From Ilumatobacteraceae bacterium (GTDB lineage Bacteria > Actinomycetota > Acidimicrobiia > Acidimicrobiales > Ilumatobacteraceae): a stretch of DNA of 64,000 nucleotides. Shown one piece after another: positions 34,214 to 42,763 of the stretch. The stretch spans positions 472 to 64,471 of the forward strand of contig JBEVOM010000150.1 in assembly GCA_040507575.1 (NCBI GenBank). The letters run 5' to 3'. Position 1 is the first letter of the stretch; the number at the start of each line of letters is the position of its first letter. Made by a program: the position numbers and the translations under genes. The notes under the pieces were generated by a model. It did no database searches and was not told the DNA's origin. It saw nothing but the letters and a program-made list of their open reading frames with translations.

Positions 34214-35407
34214 GTGTCCCGTTGGACCTTCACCTCAGAGAGCGTCACCGAGGGCCATCCCGACAAGATGGCCGACCAGATCAGCGACTCGGTGCTCGAC
34301 GCCATCCTCGCCGAGGACCCGAACGGGCGTGTCGCGTGCGAGACGTTGCTGACCACCGGCTTGTGCGTCGTGGCCGGTGAGATCACCACCGAGGCGTACG
34401 TCGACATCCCCAAGCTGGCCCGGCAGACGATCAAGCAGATCGGCTACGACGACGCGCTGTACGGCTTCGACGGAGCCACGTGCGGCGTCATCGTGTCGAT
34501 CGACGAGCAGAGCCCCAACATCGCCCAGGGCGTCGACACCAGCGAGGAACTGCGCGGGGGCACGGCCGGCGAGGACTACATCAACGCCCAGGGCGCCGGC
34601 GACCAGGGGATGATGTTCGGATACGCCTGTGACGAGACGCCGGACCTGATGCCGCTGCCGATCTGGACGGCGCACCGCCTCGCCGAGCGGCTGGCCGAGG
34701 TCCGCAAGTCCGGTCAGGTGCCGTACCTCCGCCCCGACGGCAAGACCCAGGTCACGTACGAGTACGAGGACGGCAAGCCCGTCGCGCTGAAGACGGTGCT
34801 GATCAGCACCCAGCACCAAGATGGCGTCGACCGCGACACGGTGATCCGCCCCGACCTCATCGACCAGGTGATCCGCCCCACGATCCCGGCGCAGTTCGCC
34901 GACGACGACTACGAGGTGTGGATCAACCCGACGGGCACGTTCGTGCTCGGCGGACCCCATGCCGACTGTGGTCTCACCGGTCGCAAGATCATCGTCGACA
35001 CCTACGGCGGCATGGGCCGTCACGGCGGCGGGGCGTTCAGCGGCAAGGACCCGAGCAAGGTCGACCGCTCGGCTGCCTACGCCGCCCGCTGGGTCGCCAA
35101 GCACGTCGTCGCCAGCGGCGCGGCGTCCCGCTGCGAGGTCCAGGTCGCGTACGCGATCGGCATCGCCCACCCGATGAGCATCCTCGTCGAGACGTTCGGC
35201 ACGAACGTCGTCGAAGAGGCGAAGATCGAGCTCGCCGTGCGCGACACGTTCGACCTGCGCCCGGGGGCCATCGTCCGCGACCTCGACCTGAAGCGTCCGA
35301 TCTACCGCGCGACCGCGGCGTACGGACACTTCGGCCGGTCGCGGCCCGAGTTCTCGTGGGAGCACACGACCCGCCTCGACGACTTCAAGGCGGCCGTGGG
35401 CCTCTGA
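34214..35407 (+). CDS. metK: S-adenosylmethionine synthase
   Basis: [25 protein letters not shown] and [16 protein letters not shown] motifs. Confidence 0.97.
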   Translation: MSRWTFTSESVTEGHPDKMADQISDSVLDAILAEDPNGRVACETLLTTGLCVVAGEITTEAYVDIPKLARQTIKQIGYDDALYGFDGATCGVIVSIDEQSPNIAQGVDTSEELRGGTAGEDYINAQGAGDQGMMFGYACDETPDLMPLPIWTAHRLAERLAEVRKSGQVPYLRPDGKTQVTYEYEDGKPVALKTVLISTQHQDGVDRDTVIRPDLIDQVIRPTIPAQFADDDYEVWINPTGTFVLGGPHADCGLTGRKIIVDTYGGMGRHGGGAFSGKDPSKVDRSAAYAARWVAKHVVASGAASRCEVQVAYAIGIAHPMSILVETFGTNVVEEAKIELAVRDTFDLRPGAIVRDLDLKRPIYRATAAYGHFGRSRPEFSWEHTTRLDDFKAAVGL

Positions 35408-35421
35408 GCCCGCGGCGGGGG

Positions 35422-37182
35422 GTGGAGCGCACGACCGTCCGGGGCACCCGCATCGCGCGGGTGCTCCCCGACGTCACCGGCCTCGACAAGGTCTTCGACT
35501 ACCTCGTCCCCGAGGACATGGTCCTCGACGTGCACATGGGCTCGGTGGTGCGGGTCCCGCTGCACGGCCGCCGGGTCGCCGGCTGGGTCGTCGGCCTCGA
35601 TCCCCCTGATCGATCCGTCGACATCGGCCGGATCCGGCCGATCGCCAAGGTCAGCTCGCGGGGGCCGGACGGCGGGATCGTCGACCTGGCCGGCTGGGCC
35701 TCCGTGCGCTGGGCGGCCGGGCGTCTGCGACCGTTCCTCGTGACGGCCAGCCCGGCGACGAATGTGGCCGGGCTGCCGCCGAACCGGCGCACGGGCAGCC
35801 GCCCCGAGCCGGCGAACGCCGATGCGGCCGGACTGCTGTCGTCGGGGGGCGGGGCGTTGCGCCTGCCGCCGAGCGCCGATGTCATCGGCGTGCTGCTGGC
35901 GGCCGCCGCCTGCGGGCCTCTGCTCGTCATCGGGCCCTCCCCGGACCGGGCTCGGATCGACGCCGCCCGGCTGCGCCGAACCGGACTCACCGTCGCCCTG
36001 TACCCGCAGGAGTGGGCGGCCGCCGCGGCGGGGGTCGACGTCGTGATCGGTGCTCGGTCGGCCGCGTGGGCGCCGTGTCCCGACCTCGCCGCAGTCGTCG
36101 TCGTCGACGAGCACGACGAGGCGCTGCAGGAAGAGCGCAGCCCGACGTGGCACGCCCGCGACGTGGTCGTCGAACGGGCGCGACGCGCCGGCGTGCCGGT
36201 GCTGCTCGTGTCGCCGTGCCCGACGATCATCGGGTCGGCGGCGGTCGGCGAGCGTCTGGCCCGCGTCCCGGTCGACGAGGAGCGGGCGGGATGGCCCGTC
36301 GTCGAGGTCGTCGACCGCAGCCGCGACGAACCATGGAAGACCTCGCTCGTGACGTCGCCGCTGATCAGCCACCTCCGCTCGGCGGACCGGACGGTGGTCT
36401 GCGTGCACAACGTGCCCGGCCGGGCGCGGATCATCGCCTGCCGGAGCTGCAAGGCGCTCGCCCGCTGCGAGCGCTGTGACGCCGCCGTCGGCCTGGCCGA
36501 CGACGCCACGCTCGTGTGCCGGCGCTGCGCGACGGTCCGTCCAGGCGTCTGCCTGGTCTGCGGTTCGTCGGCGTTCGCCAACCTCCGACCCGGGGTGACG
36601 AGGCTGCGTGAGGAGCTCGAGGCGGCCGCCGGTCGGCCAGTCGTCGCGGTCACCGGGCGCGACGGGGACAGGCCGGCAGCAGCCGGGGTGTACGTCGGCA
36701 CGGAGGCCGTGCTGCACCGCGTGCCGAGGGCGGACGTCGTCGCGTTCCTCGACCTCGACGGCGAGCTGCTGGCGCCGCGCTACCGGGCGGCCGAGCAGGC
36801 CATGGCGCTGCTCGTCCGGGCGGCCCGGCTCGTCGGGCCGCGCACCGGGGGCGGGCGCCTGCTCGTGCAGACGTTCCTGCCCCGCCACGAGGTCGTCCAG
36901 GCGGCGCTGCTGGCCGACCCGGGTCGCCTCCACGAACCGGAGCGGGCCCGTCGGCGGTTGCTGCAGCTCCCGCCGTTCGCCGCTCTGGCGTCGATCAGCG
37001 GGGCCGGCAGCGATGCCATCGCGGCCGCGTTGCGAGCGACCGCCGGGATCAGCGTCGGTGGAGCGGAGGGCGCCTGGACCGCACGTGCCGCGACGTGGGA
37101 CGAGCTCGGCCGCGCCATCGTGGCTGCGCCCCGCCCGAAGGGCTCACGAGTCCGGGTCGCCGTCGACCCGCCGCGCCAGTGA
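35422..37182 (+). CDS. priA: primosomal protein N' (PriA), actinobacterial type
   Basis: N-terminal 3'-DNA-binding-like region (FDYLVPE), VVVDEHDE Walker-B-like box and a Cys-rich zinc region (CRSCKALARCERCDA...CRRC...CLVCGS). GTG at 35422 is in frame. The upstream part of the ORF is a shadow of metK. Confidence 0.85.
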   Translation: MERTTVRGTRIARVLPDVTGLDKVFDYLVPEDMVLDVHMGSVVRVPLHGRRVAGWVVGLDPPDRSVDIGRIRPIAKVSSRGPDGGIVDLAGWASVRWAAGRLRPFLVTASPATNVAGLPPNRRTGSRPEPANADAAGLLSSGGGALRLPPSADVIGVLLAAAACGPLLVIGPSPDRARIDAARLRRTGLTVALYPQEWAAAAAGVDVVIGARSAAWAPCPDLAAVVVVDEHDEALQEERSPTWHARDVVVERARRAGVPVLLVSPCPTIIGSAAVGERLARVPVDEERAGWPVVEVVDRSRDEPWKTSLVTSPLISHLRSADRTVVCVHNVPGRARIIACRSCKALARCERCDAAVGLADDATLVCRRCATVRPGVCLVCGSSAFANLRPGVTRLREELEAAAGRPVVAVTGRDGDRPAAAGVYVGTEAVLHRVPRADVVAFLDLDGELLAPRYRAAEQAMALLVRAARLVGPRTGGGRLLVQTFLPRHEVVQAALLADPGRLHEPERARRRLLQLPPFAALASISGAGSDAIAAALRATAGISVGGAEGAWTARAATWDELGRAIVAAPRPKGSRVRVAVDPPRQ

Positions 37183-37779
37183 CCGATCGCCAGCCGTGAC
37201 CTCCAGCACGCGGTAGCCGTGGGCCGAGGTGAGGCGGCGGGTCGGCCACCCCGACTCCTCCAGCCACCTGTGCAGCGAGTCCGAGCCGAGGTGCTTGTGG
37301 ACGACGAGGACCGCCCGTCCGTCCGCGGCGAGACGTCCGATCCACGTCGTGAGGAGCACGTGGAGCGCCGGCTTGCCGATGCGGATCGGGGGGTTCGACC
37401 AGATCAGATCGAGTCGCACGTCGCCGGGCACGTCGTCGGGAGCCCCGACGGTCACGTTCTCCAGCCGGTTGGCGGCGGCGTTCGCCGCACACAGCGCGCG
37501 GGCCCGCTCGTTGACGTCGACCGCCCAGACGGAGGCGTCGGGGGAGCGGCGGGCGAGCGCCAGCGCGATCGGTCCCACCCCGCAGCCGAGGTCGAGGAAC
37601 GTGCCCGTCGCCGGTGGGTGTGGCGCGGCCCGCAGGAGCAGTGCCGTCCCGGCGTCCAGCCGCCCGTGGCTGAACACGTTGCGGTCGGTGCGCAGCGCCA
37701 GGCGGGTCCCGTCGACGTCGAGCACGAAGCTGCGTTCGGCGGACGGCACGCCCGGCGCCTCGTCGAAGTAGTGCGGCAT
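37144..37779 (-). CDS. class I SAM-dependent methyltransferase (RsmC/RlmG-like small domain)
   Basis: FLDLGCGVGPIAL SAM motif I and SNPPIRIG motif IV. ATG at 37779. The 3' end overlaps the priA 3' end by 39 nt. Confidence 0.8.
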   Translation of the reverse strand: MPHYFDEAPGVPSAERSFVLDVDGTRLALRTDRNVFSHGRLDAGTALLLRAAPHPPATGTFLDLGCGVGPIALALARRSPDASVWAVDVNERARALCAANAAANRLENVTVGAPDDVPGDVRLDLIWSNPPIRIGKPALHVLLTTWIGRLAADGRAVLVVHKHLGSDSLHRWLEESGWPTRRLTSAHGYRVLEVTAGDRSLARRVDGDPDS

Positions 37780-37800
37780 GCCGTCGATAGCCTGGCACCC

Positions 37801-38328
37801 ATGGCCGAGCAGATCCGAACCTTCGGGGATCCCGTGCTCAACTCGAGGGCTGCGCCGGTGGCCGACGTCGACGGCAAGGCGATCCGCCTGGTCGACAAGA
37901 TGTTCGGCGCGTTGTACACCAGCGACAACGGGCTGGCGCTCGCCGCCCCCCAGATCGGTGTCCAGAAGCAGGTCTTCGTGTGGGACTTCGGCGAGGACCC
38001 GATGGTCGTGTTCAACCCTGAGATCGTCGAGTCGGACGGTGAGTGGGTCTACGAGGAGGGGTGCCTGTCGATCCCCGGCCTGTACGTCGAGATCGTCCGA
38101 CCGAAGACGGTGCTGCTGAAAGGCATCGACCTCGACGGCAACGCCGTCGAGTGGGAGGCCGACGAGATCGAGGCCCGTATGTTCCAGCACGAGCTCGATC
38201 ACCTGCACGGCGTGCTGATGTTCGACCGGATGACACCCGAACAGCGGCGCGAGGCGATGGACGAGTACCGCCGGCTGCAGGACGCACCGGCGCCCGGCGC
38301 GCCCCGTCGTCGCCTCCGGCTGCGCTGA
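37801..38328 (+). CDS. def: peptide deformylase
   Basis: GLALAAPQIG, EGCLSIPG and QHELDHLHG metal-binding motifs. Confidence 0.95.
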   Translation: MAEQIRTFGDPVLNSRAAPVADVDGKAIRLVDKMFGALYTSDNGLALAAPQIGVQKQVFVWDFGEDPMVVFNPEIVESDGEWVYEEGCLSIPGLYVEIVRPKTVLLKGIDLDGNAVEWEADEIEARMFQHELDHLHGVLMFDRMTPEQRREAMDEYRRLQDAPAPGAPRRRLRLR

Positions 38329-38345
38329 TCCCGACGAGCCGCGGC

Positions 38346-39266
38346 GTGCGACTGGCGTTCCTCGGCACGCCCGAGATGGCGGTCCCGGCGCTGCGGGCGC
38401 TCGTGGCCGCGGGCCACGAGATCGTCCTGGTCGTCACCCGAGCCGACCGGCGCCGCGGCCGGGGGAGCGGGCTGACGCCAAGTCCGGTCAAGGCGGCGGC
38501 GCTCGAGCTGGGCCTGCCCGTCACCCATGAGATCGACGACCTGCTGGCGATCGGAGCCGACCGTCGACCCGAGCTGGGTGTGGTGGTCGCGTACGGACGG
38601 ATCATCAAGCCCCATGTGCTCGACGCGCTGCCGATGATCAACGTGCACTTCTCGCTGCTGCCGCGGTGGCGGGGCGCGGCGCCCGTGGAGCGGGCGCTGC
38701 TGGCCGGCGACGTCGAGACCGGCGTCTGCATCATGGCCGTCGAGGAAGGGCTCGACACCGGCCCGGTGTTCGCCCGCCAGGCCGTTCCCATCGCCGCCAC
38801 GACGACGGCCGACGAGCTGCGCGGCGTGCTCGTCGAGGTGGGCACCGCCCTGCTCGTCGACGTCCTGTCGCGGCCGTTGCCCGAGCCGGTGGTGCAGTCG
38901 GGGCAGCCGACGTACGCCGAGAAGATCGCGCCCGGCGAGCTGGAGCTGGACTGGCACCGTTCCGCCGTCGAGCTCGACCGCTGGATCCGGGTCGGGGGCG
39001 CGTGGACGACGTTCCGCGACAAGCGGCTCAAGGTCCACGCCGGCACGCCGACCACGGAGCCCGGCCGACCCGGCTTCCTCGCCGCCGACGGTGCCACCGT
39101 CGGGACGGGCGACGGGTCGCTGCGGCTGGGCGTCGTGCAGCCGGAGGGCAAGGCCGCGATGTCGTGGGCCGACTTCGCCAACGGCGCCCACCCGACCCCC
39201 GGCGAACGCTTCGGCCCCCCGCCCCGCCGAGCCCCGCACACCGCGTCCGAATCCCCCAACTGTTGA
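38346..39266 (+). CDS. fmt: methionyl-tRNA formyltransferase
   Basis: LAFLGTPE N-terminus and NVHFSLLPRWRGAAPV motif. The last codons and the TGA lie inside the palindromic repeat. Confidence 0.9.
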   Translation: MRLAFLGTPEMAVPALRALVAAGHEIVLVVTRADRRRGRGSGLTPSPVKAAALELGLPVTHEIDDLLAIGADRRPELGVVVAYGRIIKPHVLDALPMINVHFSLLPRWRGAAPVERALLAGDVETGVCIMAVEEGLDTGPVFARQAVPIAATTTADELRGVLVEVGTALLVDVLSRPLPEPVVQSGQPTYAEKIAPGELELDWHRSAVELDRWIRVGGAWTTFRDKRLKVHAGTPTTEPGRPGFLAADGATVGTGDGSLRLGVVQPEGKAAMSWADFANGAHPTPGERFGPPPRRAPHTASESPNC

Positions 39267-39313
39267 CCCCAGGGGACGAAAACCGTCCGCTGGGGTCAAC
39301 AGTTGGGGAAAAC
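39249..39313. repeat. palindromic intergenic element, copy 2 (inverted relative to copy 1)
   Basis: 19-bp perfect arms, CCCCAACTGTTGACCCCAG (39254-39272) and CTGGGGTCAACAGTTGGGG (39290-39308). The spacer forms a further GGACG/CGTCC stem with an AAAAC loop. Confidence 0.75.
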
Positions 39314-39347
39314 GGACAGTCGGCGGGGGAGGGGTAGCGTCGGCGCG

Positions 39348-39827
39348 ATGGGTGACGAGCAGCTGGCGGCCAAGGTCCTGACGGTCAGTGATGGCGTCGC
39401 CCACGGCACCCGTGACGACGCCAGCGGTCGGGCACTCGTCGAGCAGCTGGCGGGGGCCGGCTTCGACGTCGTCGATCACCGCGTCACCGAGGATGGGGCG
39501 GTGGCGGTGGCGGCGGCCCTCGTCGAGATGACGGACGGGTTCGCCGGACTCGTCGTCACCACCGGCGGCACCGGGTTCGCGCCTCGCGACCAGACGCCGG
39601 AAGGGACCCGCGAGGTGATCGAGCGCGATGCGCCGGGACTGGCCGAGGCGATGCGCCTGACCAGCCCCTTCGGACGCCTGTCGCGGGGCATCGCCGGCGT
39701 TCGCGGCCGGGCCGTCATCTGCAACACCCCCGGGTCCCCGAAGGGATGCGTCGAGCAGCTCGGGGCCGTGCTCGACATCCTCCCGCACGCCCTGCGGCTG
39801 CTGCACGAGGCGCCGACCGCGCACTGA
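39348..39827 (+). CDS. MogA/MoaB-family molybdenum cofactor biosynthesis protein
   Basis: VLTVSDG, VVTTGGTGFAPRD and PGSPKG motifs. Confidence 0.85.
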   Translation: MGDEQLAAKVLTVSDGVAHGTRDDASGRALVEQLAGAGFDVVDHRVTEDGAVAVAAALVEMTDGFAGLVVTTGGTGFAPRDQTPEGTREVIERDAPGLAEAMRLTSPFGRLSRGIAGVRGRAVICNTPGSPKGCVEQLGAVLDILPHALRLLHEAPTAH

Positions 39828-39963
39828 GCGGCGCGCTCGGACATCGTCGGTCGACATCACCACGGGTCGACCGCCACCGGCGCGCCTACCGTGGCGCATC
39901 GCCCCGTCCGCTGCCCCCTTCGAGCTGATCCTCGAGATCGACCCGCCGACCCGGCCGTCCCTG

Positions 39964-40722
39964 GTGCGGGCCCGCCACCAGATCGGCGTGCTCGGGACGG
40001 TGGCCGATCGGTTCCTCGTTCCCGACAACCACCTCGGTCGGGCGACCGTGTCGAGCATCGCGGTGGCCCGCGAGGTCGCCGCGATGGGCGGCCGGGCGAT
40101 CGCTTGCATCAACTCGCGCGACCGCAACGTGCTCGGGTTCCGCCGGGACCTGTTGACCGCGGCGGCCTACGGCGTCGACTCGTTCCTCCTGGTGTACGGC
40201 GACCGGCCCGACCTCGGCCAGCGCTCCGACGACGTCTCGGTGCGACGGATGATGGAGGAGATCCGCACGTACGGTTCCAGTGACGTGTTCGACGGGTGTC
40301 CGCCGTTCGAGGTCGGCGTGACCACCCGGCTCACCGAGGTCGCCCCGTTCAAGCACGCCGCCGACTACTGCGTGACCCAGGTGAGCCATTCGATCGACGA
40401 GCTCGCCCGTTGGCGCGACGCGACCTCGTTCGACGGCCCGGTGTACGCCGGGCTGATGGTCGTGGCGAGCGCGGCGATGGCCCGCCGTCTGGGCGTGGAG
40501 AGCCCGCAGTTGGCGGTGCCGCCCTGGCTCGTCGAGCGGGTCGAGGCCGACCCCGCGGCGGGCGTGGAGGCCGTGTGCGACCTCGTGGCTGCCGTCCACG
40601 AACACGGCGGATTCGCCGGCGCCCACGTGATCGCCGTGGGGCGGTACCGGGATCTGGCGGCGCGACTCGAGGCGACCGGATGGGCCCGAACCGCCCGGCC
40701 GGCGCGGACGACGACCAGATAG
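39964..40722 (+). CDS. methylenetetrahydrofolate reductase-like protein; true start probably upstream and non-canonical
   Basis: TIM-barrel MTHFR-like sequence (FLVPDNHLGR, CINSRDRN, LLVYGD). The reading frame stays open and protein-like (FELILEIDPPTRPSL) upstream of the first canonical start codon at 39964. Confidence 0.7.
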   Translation: MRARHQIGVLGTVADRFLVPDNHLGRATVSSIAVAREVAAMGGRAIACINSRDRNVLGFRRDLLTAAAYGVDSFLLVYGDRPDLGQRSDDVSVRRMMEEIRTYGSSDVFDGCPPFEVGVTTRLTEVAPFKHAADYCVTQVSHSIDELARWRDATSFDGPVYAGLMVVASAAMARRLGVESPQLAVPPWLVERVEADPAAGVEAVCDLVAAVHEHGGFAGAHVIAVGRYRDLAARLEATGWARTARPARTTTR

Positions 40723-40733
40723 CGTCCGGCGCC

Positions 40734-41606
40734 GTGCTGCGGATCGTGCTGCCGAAAGGATCTCTGGAGAAGGCCACGCTCGAGCTGTTCGAGGCCGCCG
40801 ATCTCGCCGTCGTGCGCTCCTCGGATGTCGAGTACCGGGCATCCATCGACGACCCCCGCGTCGCCGAGGTCCGCATCCTGCGCCCCCAGGAGATCCCGAT
40901 CTACGTCGCCGAGGGCCTGTTCGACGTCGGCATCACCGGCCGCGACTGGATCGAGGAGACGAGCAGCGACGTCGTCAGCCTCGGCGAGCTGAAGTACTCG
41001 AAGGCGACGAGCAACCCAATCCGCATGGTGGTCGCGGTCGCCGGCGACGCCGCCGCACAGGTCCCGGGAGACCTCCCGGACGGCGTGCGCGTCTCGTCGG
41101 AGTACCCCGAGCTGACGAGGCGCTACTTCGAGAAGCTCGGCATCGACGCCGACGTGCGGTTGTCCTACGGCGCGAGCGAGGCCAAGGTGCCGGACATCGC
41201 CGACTGCGTCGTCGAGATCACCGAGACCGGCCGGGCGCTGCGGGCTGCCGGGTTGCGGATCATCGACACCGTGCTCGTCAGCTACACCGAGGTCGTCGCC
41301 AACCGCCAGGCGTACGAGGATCCCGCCAAGCGTCACGCCATGGGCCAGCTCATGACGCTCCTGAACGGCACGCTGGAGGCTCGTGACAAGGTGCTCCTGA
41401 AGCTCAACGTGGGCGAGGACTCGTTCCAGGCCGTGCTCGACGTGCTCCCGGCGGCCAAGTCCCCGACGGTGTCCAAGCTGGCCGGCGGCGGGTTCGCCGT
41501 CGAGAGCGTGGTCGAGAAGCGGGGGATCAACCTCGTGATCCCGGCCCTCAAGGAGGCCGGCGCCACGGACCTGCTCGAGATCCAGATCGCCAAGATCGTC
41601 CACTGA
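40734..41606 (+). CDS. hisG: ATP phosphoribosyltransferase, long form
   Basis: LRIVLPKGSL N-terminus, EITETGRAL motif and a C-terminal regulatory domain. GTG at 40734 is in frame in a longer shadow ORF. Confidence 0.9.
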   Translation: MLRIVLPKGSLEKATLELFEAADLAVVRSSDVEYRASIDDPRVAEVRILRPQEIPIYVAEGLFDVGITGRDWIEETSSDVVSLGELKYSKATSNPIRMVVAVAGDAAAQVPGDLPDGVRVSSEYPELTRRYFEKLGIDADVRLSYGASEAKVPDIADCVVEITETGRALRAAGLRIIDTVLVSYTEVVANRQAYEDPAKRHAMGQLMTLLNGTLEARDKVLLKLNVGEDSFQAVLDVLPAAKSPTVSKLAGGGFAVESVVEKRGINLVIPALKEAGATDLLEIQIAKIVH

Positions 41607-41607
41607 C

Positions 41608-41808
41608 GTGCCGACCGGTCGCGTGATCGACTTCGACCGCCAGGTCGGCCTCGGGCACGTCGAGGACGGGTCGGGAGCGGTCCGCTTCTTCCACTGCGTC
41701 GAGATCGTCGACGGCACGCGGACGATCGACGTCGGGGCCGAGGTCGAGTTCGACGTCGTGGTGAAGTTCGGCGCCGAGGAGGCCGCCGCGCTGCGACCGC
41801 GGGCATGA
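41608..41808 (+). CDS. cold-shock-domain-like small OB-fold protein
   Basis: GRVIDFDRQVGLGHVEDGSGAVRFFHCVEI follows the CSD pattern. Starts 2 nt after the hisG stop and overlaps the next gene (ATGA). Confidence 0.7.
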   Translation: MPTGRVIDFDRQVGLGHVEDGSGAVRFFHCVEIVDGTRTIDVGAEVEFDVVVKFGAEEAAALRPRA

Positions 41809-42095
41809 CCGAGCTCGAGCGACGCCTGGCCGCCGTCGTAGCCGCGCTCGGTGAGGGCGAGGTCGTCAGCTACGGCGACGTCGCCGACGACGCCGGGTTC
41901 CCCGGTCGGGCCCGGGCCGTCGGCTCGCTCCTGTCCGGTACCGACCTCGACCTGCCCTGGTGGCGGGTCGTGCGCGCCGATGGGCGCCTGGCGACCGACC
42001 CCTCGTCCGACCAGGCCGCGCTGCTGCGCGCCGAGGGGGTCACGGTGCGGGACGGGCGGGTCGTCGATGCGCCGATCGGACGCTTCCACCGCTGA
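41805..42095 (+). CDS. alkyltransferase-like (ATL) protein: MGMT DNA-binding fold without the acceptor cysteine
   Basis: VVSYGDVA...RARAVGSLL...LPWWRVVRADG. PWWRV replaces the PCHRV active site of Ogt/Ada. Confidence 0.8.
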   Translation: MTELERRLAAVVAALGEGEVVSYGDVADDAGFPGRARAVGSLLSGTDLDLPWWRVVRADGRLATDPSSDQAALLRAEGVTVRDGRVVDAPIGRFHR

Positions 42096-42163
42096 AGACG
42101 ATTCTGACTTGGTTCCGGGGCCAGACATGACGCCGGAACTCACAGAGAACCCGCTCGTCACCG

Positions 42164-42568
42164 CTAGCTGTCCGTCGCGACGCGTCCCTTGATCTGCACG
42201 AACGCCAGCCGGATGTTGTTGAGCGCGTCGCGCATCGTCGCCGCCTCCGGGCCGAGCCGTTCGCCGAGCCCGTCGACGAGGCACCCGACCGCATCGATGG
42301 CGAGCGCCGCCGACACCAGGTCGGGCTCGTCGGCCGAGAGGTGGATGGCGGCCAGCTCGTACAGGCCCATGACGTGGTTGGTCACGACGACCTCGGCCGG
42401 GGCCTGGGCGACGCGCCGTCGGGCCTCGTCCATCGCCGCTTGGGCGTCGCCGATCGCCGTCGCCGTCTCGTCGTCGAGGCCGTCGCGGCCGAAGATGTCG
42501 TCGGGCCTGTCATCACCGAGGGTGTCGGCGCCCTCTCCCAGGATGTTCGCGTCCGAATCAGCGCTCAC
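42164..42568 (-). CDS. DUF1844-like protein
   Basis: 134 codons from GTG 42568, acidic N-terminus and the MGLYELAAIHL segment. Divergent from infC, a position I recall for DUF1844 in actinobacteria. Confidence 0.7.
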   Translation of the reverse strand: MSADSDANILGEGADTLGDDRPDDIFGRDGLDDETATAIGDAQAAMDEARRRVAQAPAEVVVTNHVMGLYELAAIHLSADEPDLVSAALAIDAVGCLVDGLGERLGPEAATMRDALNNIRLAFVQIKGRVATDS

Positions 42569-42763
42569 GCCTGCTACCCTAACGGGGCAATTTGAGGTGA
42601 AGCGGGGGCAGCCCCCACCTGGCCACCACCGACGCCGGCGACGGCAGTGCGTGCGCCCAGGTCCAACGGCGATGTTCGGTCGCTCCGCGGGCTTCGCGTC
42701 GAGCAACCGAACACACATCCATCGAACAGGGAGACGCCACCCATTGCACAGGAGTGAGCAGCC

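Noticed and set aside
42113-42140. Bidirectional terminator between the ATL and DUF1844 genes (GTTCCGG ... CCGGAAC, 14-nt loop).
   Set aside because: It has only a 7-bp stem with a large loop and no U/A tracts on either side. This is too weak to report as a feature.
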